Assembly (NCBI RefSeq): GCF_009914755.1
Contig: NC_060932.1
DNA: 64,000 nt
Source: the human T2T-CHM13v2.0 reference genome, Homo sapiens
Strand: one strand, 5' to 3'
Of the stretch, positions 57,433 to 64,000 are shown piece after piece. Numbering within the stretch: position 1 is the stretch's first letter; each line of letters opens with the position of its first letter. Both the position numbers and the translations under genes were made by a program. The notes under the pieces were generated by a model that was not told the DNA's origin, did no database searches, and saw only the letters and a program-made list of their open reading frames with translations.

Positions 57433-58736
57433 ACAAGACAAATTTCACAAGCTCTTCCGTCCCTCATATGAGAGGCTCTGCTTCTCCATTTTGTTCCCAC
57501 CCAGACTTACCTGATGCTAAAGAGGCCAAATGATTTGGTCATGTTTCAGAGCCTAATGTCCACCCCAGGATATGCCACAGATGCCTTGTCATCCTTAAAC
57601 TCAATTTATGAAAATTAAAAAATGTGGCATTTTCAATCTTTCCCAGCCTCTGGCTTCCTGTTCCTCTTAGCTAATCTTATAGTTCATGAAATCCCTTGCT
57701 CTGATTATTATTAAGTGCTCAGGAGAGGAAGCAACACATTGAAGCCTGGCCTCACTTCCAACTAGGAAGCCATAAAGAGGAAGAAGACATTTATTCATCA
57801 GATTGCGTACTTGGCCTATTACATATATTGTCTCTCTTAATCATCAGACAGACCTATGAGGTATGTATTCTATAATGATATCTATTTTGTAACTGAAACT
57901 ACTGAGATTTATGAAAGTGTGGGGACTTCTCCAATGTTTTATAGTTGTTGAGTTTTACACACTTTGAATAAACCAATCTCCTGTATAAAGGCTCTCCATT
58001 AACTACTGTTTTGTTGAACAGAAGGTCTCATGTACTGTATACACTGTGACTTATCACATGGAGGGCAGGTTGGAGGCTGATTTCTAGGCTGAGCTTGGAG
58101 TTAGCAGCAGGGTTCTGTGATGAATTGGAAATGTCTACCATAAAGCTATGAATGAATGTCTTGGAAGGAAGTGGAACAGAGTGATAGGGCGGGGTGGGTT
58201 AATGGAGGCGTTAATGACAGAAAACCCAGATGGTTAGGGGAAAATAGGAGCACAATAAAGTCAGGGCTTTACTTCTGAGTTTATAGCTTGGGAAGAAGGC
58301 CAGCCTCTTTTAGGGCTTCTGAGTTCAGTATGGTGCTAGAACAAGTCCTGGCAATGGGATGAAGCAGGTAGGATTCCTCAAGTCTCTACACTATCCTGCT
58401 AAGGAGAAAGCAGATGTAATGAGAAAAGCAGGTGGCCAGAGGACTGGGGTCCAGATAGAGACAAAAGTGAGGCATCTGTGAAGTTGAACCCAGACTGTGG
58501 CACGAACAAGGTAGATACTCCTGCCAGCCCAGGTACCAGGCAAGACATCAGCGGATGCCCCTTCTCAATTCCCATACATGATCAAGTCCCTGACACTTCA
58601 GTAGACATCCATCTTTGGTTCAAATCCCCTTGGACTCAGCTGCCCATGTTATGAACAGTCCCATAATGGATTAGACAGATTTCAGAGACAGGACAGTCCT
58701 TGAGAAGGGGAAGAAGTTCTGAGAAGAAATCTGAAC

Positions 58737-58905
58737 TTTTTTTTTTTTTTTTTTTTTTGAGACACAGTCTTGCTCTGTCACCCAGGCTGGAGTGCAGTGG
58801 TACAATCAGGACGCACTGTAACCTTGAACTCCTGGGCTCAAGCAATCTTTCCACCTCAGCCTGCCAAGGTGCTGGGATAGCAGGCATGAGCCACTGCCCC
58901 TGGCC
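58737..58905 (-). mobile_element. Monomeric Alu (FAM/FRAM-like)
   Basis: A single ~150-bp monomer plus T-tail, with TSD aa(a/g)tctgaacttt. Confidence 0.82.
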
Positions 58906-60398
58906 AAGTCTGAACTTTGAAGGGATAAAGGGAACAGTTCTGCCAGCATTGGCTCATCAGCTTCCCAATTCCCCATTCTCCAAAGGAAAAGGGGAAACAT
59001 TTGTTGGAGAGGTTACAGAAACCAGAAGTGAGAATTGACTTTAATTTGCAGATAGTGGTCAGTGTGTGCTGAGATTCTGCTAACAGAGAAAGAAGGAGAT
59101 TTCCTCCCTTTGCCTAAGCCAAGGGAGGAGGTCTTCAAGGGAGATTGCCCTGTCTCCCCTAGAACAGTGGGAATGCAGTTCCTGGTGCTCAACTCATTCT
59201 GCAAAGGCCATCAGGAGAGAAGCTGAGGGTGGCTGGACTGGTCTAAACAAGAACGAGCAGGCTTGGCAGAGGAGGTTCTCCACATATGTGGAATGAGGGT
59301 TAAAGTGTCTGTGTCCTTTTCCCATGGGCCAGATGTGTGTGCTTTGGAAAAGTATCCACCCCCAAAGAGCTAACTGCAAGGAATGAGTCACCCAGCTATT
59401 GTGAGGCATCACTACATCAGATAACTGCAGGGATGGGGCTGTGTGACTGTCTTCTGGCCAGGGGGTACCTAAGCAGTCTCTTTCTAAGGAATTCACAAGA
59501 ACATCCTAAGGGCAGTTCAGGGTTTACCATATGACAATCGCACTTACAACTGAACCCCTACCCTTTCCTCCACTGTTCCCCTCCTTACTGTGCCTGACCC
59601 TGCAAAGCCTGCAAACTGCAGTGGGAAAGAAAGGGGGGATATGAAGCCCCCTACCATGCCCTGTTCCTACACTGGGAGTTTTCTACCCTAGGGAAGCCTG
59701 GATCTGGAGGTGAGGTAGAGAAAGGAGGCAACAGAAAGAAGTTATACAATGGATGAGGTTTAGAGTTCTGGTATTATACTTCACTGGACTTTTCATACCT
59801 AAAAAAGGATGACTTACTTATTAGCTGAAATATCCCAGCTTAGTTGGCCTGACAGCTCAGCCCAGGGTAGGAAGAAGAGGTCACAGAACAAGCTAAAAGA
59901 AAGCAGTTCCAAGAAAGAAGAAAGTTGCCTCCTGCATTTAATGAGCAGGTTATAGATAAATGGAGTTTCAAGTTTCAGAGTTGAAACATAATAGCAGATA
60001 TGTCGCACAAAGATGTAGAATCCTGGAAGAATCTCCTTTGACTCAGAAGGGGATTTGCCATTTGTAGCCTCATAGGGTCATTAATCTAAAACCCCCAATT
60101 TCTATCACATTGTAAGATGTGTGAAGGTGTCAGACATGAGAAAGTGCCAGTTAGTAAAGCCAATAAGTTATGAGATTTCTGTGTATGCATTTGAGCTGCC
60201 TGACTAAAATGTATGTGGTTTGAAATGACCACACAAACTTTCTTAGCCCGCACCCCTGAGTCAGGGACATTGCAGCTTATCAGGAGATGCTGATCTGAGA
60301 GACGTTCTGAGGTTCAAGGCTATGAGGCTATCCCAAGAGTGGGGAAGCGGGGAGGAGAGCACTGTGCTACTACAATTCAATAATTTCCATGACACTCA

Positions 60399-60587
<189 letters not shown>

Positions 60588-61429
60588 TTATGCTGAAAGC
60601 AGAATTTCCATGCATGTTTCATGGAGTTCTGGGTGAACAGGATATCTGAGAGTATTACACAAAAAGAAAAATAGAAGGGATATACATACCCAGTTTGGGA
60701 GAAGTCAGTTTGCAAAAAAAATGCTAAACAAGTTTCCTTTTTGCAGGGCTTTTGAGAATCTCATTTGGATTTGATCTAGAATCCCATCTGGGGCAAGAGT
60801 AAAGTGTTCTGTAGCACCTGCTCTGGGAAGGATGGAGCAGTGAACTCGCAGTGAAATCCCACTTGGCTAGCAATGGGATTAAGTCAGAGAAATGTCATCT
60901 CTAACCCTCAGGCATCCTCTCAGGGCAGGCACCATTGCCCACGTGTCCAGAGGAGGAAGCTCATGTTTGGGAAAGTAGTCACTTCTGCAGGCGTCCCAGC
61001 TTCATAAGAAAGCAGCTTCTTCATTTTTGTCTTGAAATCCATTGTATTTAACCATTGTCACTTTAAGACACTGGCATTTTATGTCCTACTCATGGCTGCT
61101 TTTGTCCTTTGCTTTAAGAAAAAAAAAACATGCTTTTTAAACACAGGAATCTTTATTCTTCGTGTCAGTTTCTCATATACACCTGGAAGATGGTACCCCT
61201 AGTTCTCTTTTTCTCACATCACCCCCAACTCAAGGGGGCATTACTTGCTAAATACCAGATCTCGCCACCACCTCTACTCAGAGGTCAACCCAGCGTCAGT
61301 TCTGCACACCTGTGATAGGACTTGGTCTCCTCCTCATTCACAGGCAGGATGAAGCCCTTTTCATCCGTAACCACAAAGCCCATGTCTTGTCTATCTTGGT
61401 ATTTAACGGTGCCTATTACAATTTTGGAG

Positions 61430-61790
61430 GCAGCGTTACAACCTGGAAGCCCGTGAGCCAAGTATTGTCTGCTGATGTGTCTTGTTTAGACCCCATAGTA
61501 TTTTTGAAAATGTTTTGAACAAATTGCAAACATTTACAATTCAGGCAATTTCATATTTGTATTACGGGTTTTCAGCTTCTACAAAAAATAAAAAATAAAA
61601 AAAAAAATAAAACAAAACAAAACAAAACAAAACCCTGGACTTGGGAGTGCTGGGCTGGCATTTAGAAACTCATTTGGAAACTGTTCAGATCAGGTAATTG
61701 CTGTCCCGTCTACCACCATTCACAGTATTCACTGACATGCATTTGGCCTGCAGCTAAAAGCCCCTGGCTATTTTCTTGTGTAGTGTCCCC
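61430..61790. mobile_element. MER102-like hAT relic
   Basis: 'cagcgttacaacctggaagcccgtgagcc...gtgtcttgttt...caaacatttacaattcaggcaatttcatat...ttttcagcttct'. Confidence 0.6.
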
Positions 61791-63029
61791 AGTAATCCTT
61801 ATATGATTAAGAGAGAGACTAGTTTTAATTCATTCTTGATCCCTTGCTCCAGAAATAGTGTCTGCTGCATAGAAAGTATCAATGCATCTTTGCGGAATAA
61901 ATAAAGCTCTTTCCCAATCCCCACCTTTTTTGGTTTTTGTTTCTTTGCAAGAATCTCATCTTCCTGGGATGGAAATCTCTTAACCAAAGATCTCTTTGGA
62001 AATGTATTCCTGGTTAAGCATAATTCATGGAGAGATATACAGATGGAATTTATCTTTAGGTCTCCAGGGTTTAAAATTTGTTATTTAAAAAAAGCATTTA
62101 AAAGTTAACATTTTGCTGAATCCAAGTGCTATAAATAACTTCCTTTCCTAGCTTTGTTTTGCATAATCATGAATCTAGCCTCAAATACACAAGGAAAGCA
62201 CTGCAGCCTCTTGTCACCAGGAAGAGAGACTGGCAAAGTAAGCTTCCCAACTACCTTCTGAGCACGCATATGCCTGGGTAATGAAAATTCAAAGTAAACT
62301 CCAATTTTAAACTTGCTGCAATTTCCTTAGGAACTGGGAGAGAAATCATTCTCCTGGATAAGCTGTGGCTAAATTGAGCTGGGCTATGACTTTACAATGC
62401 TTTAATGAATCTTATTTGCAAGATATTCCAGAATGAAGTCACTGCCTTTTCTAAACATTTATTTCATGGTTGGTTGTTGACTTCCTACCCCTCCCTTCAA
62501 AAAGACACACACACCACACACACACACACACACCATACACACAATGATTTTCCTTTATTCTGCCTTATCTCAATTAGAGTCATCATCTCCTTTCAAGGGT
62601 CATTTATCTCACGACCAGGAAGCAGTTTTGCAAACTAGTAGAAATAATATAAGAAGCTAGCATTTACAGAAGAGTTATTATTTGGCAGGTAATAAATTAT
62701 CATTATACATATACTATTTTATTTAATGTGGATAAAACTATGAGTTAGGAAAGACTGTCCTGCATTTACACATGAGGAAACTGAGGCTCCCTGTGGTAAA
62801 GGCATTTTCCCAAACTCAGCTAGTGAGAGTCCCACATCCCAAATGCTGTCAAGGGCTCCATTTCTTTGGCCTTCTCCCATGGTCACATGTGTGTTCTAGA
62901 TTGGACGTTCTCTCACTGCTTGGTTTCAACTCATAATGGTGACTCTCTTGTTTTCTCCTCCATTCTTAGCTACTAACTTGAGCTTTGTCACAGCGTGATG
63001 GCTAAGAGGGCAGCTTCTGAAACCCAGAT

Positions 63030-63550
63030 ACACGTGTACGACTCTTAGTTCTATCATTTCATATCTATGAGACCTGGGGCCAATCAACCTCTCTGTTGTT
63101 TTCTCATCCATAAAATGGGAGTAAAATAATTACACCTACTTGCAAAGCATTGTTATCGTGTGAACTAAAATTTAAAAACGTACACAAAGGGCTTTGTTCA
63201 CAACTGAACTGACAATTCTCAACAAAGGTTAGCTATTATTATTGCTGTCATTTTCAACCATGGGGGCTGGCCACAGGAGGGACACATTCCTCTATCAGCC
63301 TCACATAGTGCCCATCCTGCACACTGGTCACAAACACAGACTTTGTGATCGGACGGCCCAGGTTCAAACCCTGGCTCTACGACTTCCGGGTGGTATGACT
63401 TTAGATAAACGCCTTCTCTAAGTCACTGTATCCTCATCTGTAAAACAGGAGTAGTAAAACACCTCATCACCTTGTTGCAATAATTCAATGAGGTATTCCA
63501 GACAAAAAAATCAGCACAGTGCCTGCCATACAGCACATACCTTATAGGTA
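63030..63550 (+). mobile_element. Two MIR relics
   Basis: 'ttctcatccataaaatgggagtaaaataa' and 'ggttcaaaccctggctctac...cctcatctgtaaaacagga...cagcacagtgcctgccata'. Confidence 0.7.
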
Positions 63551-63562
63551 TAAGATGCTGTT

Positions 63563-64000
63563 TGTTGGAGTTCAATCAGGCTGGTGGGAAAAATATTAAA
63601 GATAGCTATAGTAATAGTCAAAAACTCTCTTGGAAGGCCTGAGAGTTTGCGTAGCTTCAGATTGCTTGGCTGAAGGCAGCCAGGGTCTCTTTGCAGGAGC
63701 CAGAAAGATTAGGGTGCAAGTACAAAGGAACATGGGAAGTTTATCTTACTAACCTGTTTACTTATATGGGCTTAAGACTAACCTTTGTCCTACTAGGGAT
63801 ACTTTACTGCCTCCTACTCAGGGGTCAGCAGAAGTTTATTACCCACAAACTGTGTTTGCTTTAGGCCTGAGAACCTGGCCTTTAATCTTTACCCTCTAGT
63901 GGTGTTTACTCATAACTTTTGTTAATTAGTCTTACTGAATAAATATGAGCCTCACTAACTGACCAGGGCTGAGTCGCAACTGTTTACAGAACTCAGCTTG
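63563..64000 (+). mobile_element. LTR22-type LTR (HERV-K22/HML-5), truncated by the window end
   Basis: Starts TGTTGGAGTTCAATCAGGCTGGTGGGAAAAATATT (recalled LTR22 start); AATAAA near 63938. Confidence 0.72.

Overview
This is primate (very likely human) genomic DNA, not prokaryotic. It is an intronic slice of FAM135B on the minus strand. Three coding exons with canonical AG/GT boundaries are recognisable (60400-60470, 54551-54724, 46651-46777). They splice in frame to [124 protein letters not shown], which matches my recollection of the N-terminal region of FAM135B (probably exons 5-7). I found no further FAM135B exon in 1-46650, so that stretch appears to be one very large intron. The rest is a typical mammalian repeat landscape: Alus of J, S and Y age, L1 fragments (two with twin-priming inversions), MaLR LTRs including a full-length THE1 provirus, MLT2 and LTR22 LTRs, hAT DNA-transposon relics, MIR/L2/L3 relics and microsatellites. 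The most striking non-standard structure is a ~2.5 kb, 28-bp-unit minisatellite at ~8150-10680. It has an internal higher-order duplication and two 862-codon ORFs antisense to FAM135B followed by AATAAA. On the pre-mRNA strand it is an array of GTAGGT and G-run motifs. I see no convincing new 'system'; the findings are testable hypotheses. Repeat subfamily names are from memory of consensus sequences and need RepeatMasker/Dfam confirmation.
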